A stretch of DNA of 64,000 nt from contig CAWENF010000004.1 in the NCBI GenBank assembly GCA_963810275.1, forward strand, positions 32,001 to 96,000, in the 5' to 3' direction. Positions 63,678 to 64,000 of the stretch are shown in pieces. The position numbers were made by a program, and so were the translations under genes. A model generated the notes under the pieces. It saw only the letters and a program-made list of their open reading frames with translations, searched no databases and was not told the DNA's origin. Positions within the stretch are counted from its first letter, which is position 1. Each line of letters starts with the position of its first letter. The DNA is from an uncultured archaeon. Its GTDB lineage: Archaea; Thermoproteota; Bathyarchaeia; Bathyarchaeales; Bathycorpusculaceae.

Positions 63678-64000
63678 ATGACCCAACAACCAGAGTTCAC
63701 CCCATCTTCCTCTCCAGCCAAACGCGTCGACGATTGGAAATCAAGGCTCATCGACTTATCCCGAAGAAATAACCTGCTCTACTTTAAAAGTACCAGACGC
63801 AGCAACCTTACAATCACACAACCAGACTCACAGAAAATCTTTGACGGTTTAGTCACCAAGAAACACCGTCTTGAATTTTATCTTCCACCTGAATCATCTG
63901 TTTTGGAGAAGGTGAAAAGAAAATCCCCTGTTCAGGCTAACGCAAAAACAAAGGGTGTGAAAGAGAGAACTAAAGAAAACGAAGCCATATCGGAACCTAA
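63678..64000 (+). CDS. N-terminus of a DUF4011-domain protein (runs off the window)
   Basis: Not in the ORF track; open frame MTQQPEF...VDDWKSRLIDLSRRNNLLYFK to the window end. Confidence 0.75.
   Translation, partial: MTQQPEFTPSSSPAKRVDDWKSRLIDLSRRNNLLYFKSTRRSNLTITQPDSQKIFDGLVTKKHRLEFYLPPESSVLEKVKRKSPVQANAKTKGVKERTKENEAISEP

Overview
This is an archaeal chromosome segment, most consistent with a TACK lineage and probably Bathyarchaeia. The basis is an unsplit Rpo2, a fused Rpo1N+Rpo1C, archaeal NusA, L30e, Cdc6/Orc1, NucS and ApgM, TATA/BRE promoters, and a PQQ-propeller surface protein. Main contents in order: an AbrB-like/arsM pair; the rpo2-rpo1-rpl30e-nusA operon, which lacks the usual rpo5 and rps12/rps7 neighbours; a small AT-rich islet; a translationally coupled SMC-kleisin-KITE operon with eukaryotic Smc5/6-like motifs (top candidate system); an arsR/ferredoxin/arsC unit; an Lhr helicase; cdc6; a GT2 synthase with a PilB/GspE-N-like domain; a tandem bacterioferritin; korAB; nrdR-nrdD-nrdG with tandem NrdR boxes; tRNA-Pro(GGG); citrate synthase; a rearranged group-4 [NiFe]-hydrogenase/complex-I-like cluster with no small subunit in the window; sufCB; thiolase-DUF35; and the start of a DUF4011 gene. 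Many genes carry single-base frameshifts, clustered at about 35.8-38.8 kb and 50.8-53.8 kb, which look like long-read assembly indels. All calls come from recognising motifs by eye; no searches or folding programs were run.
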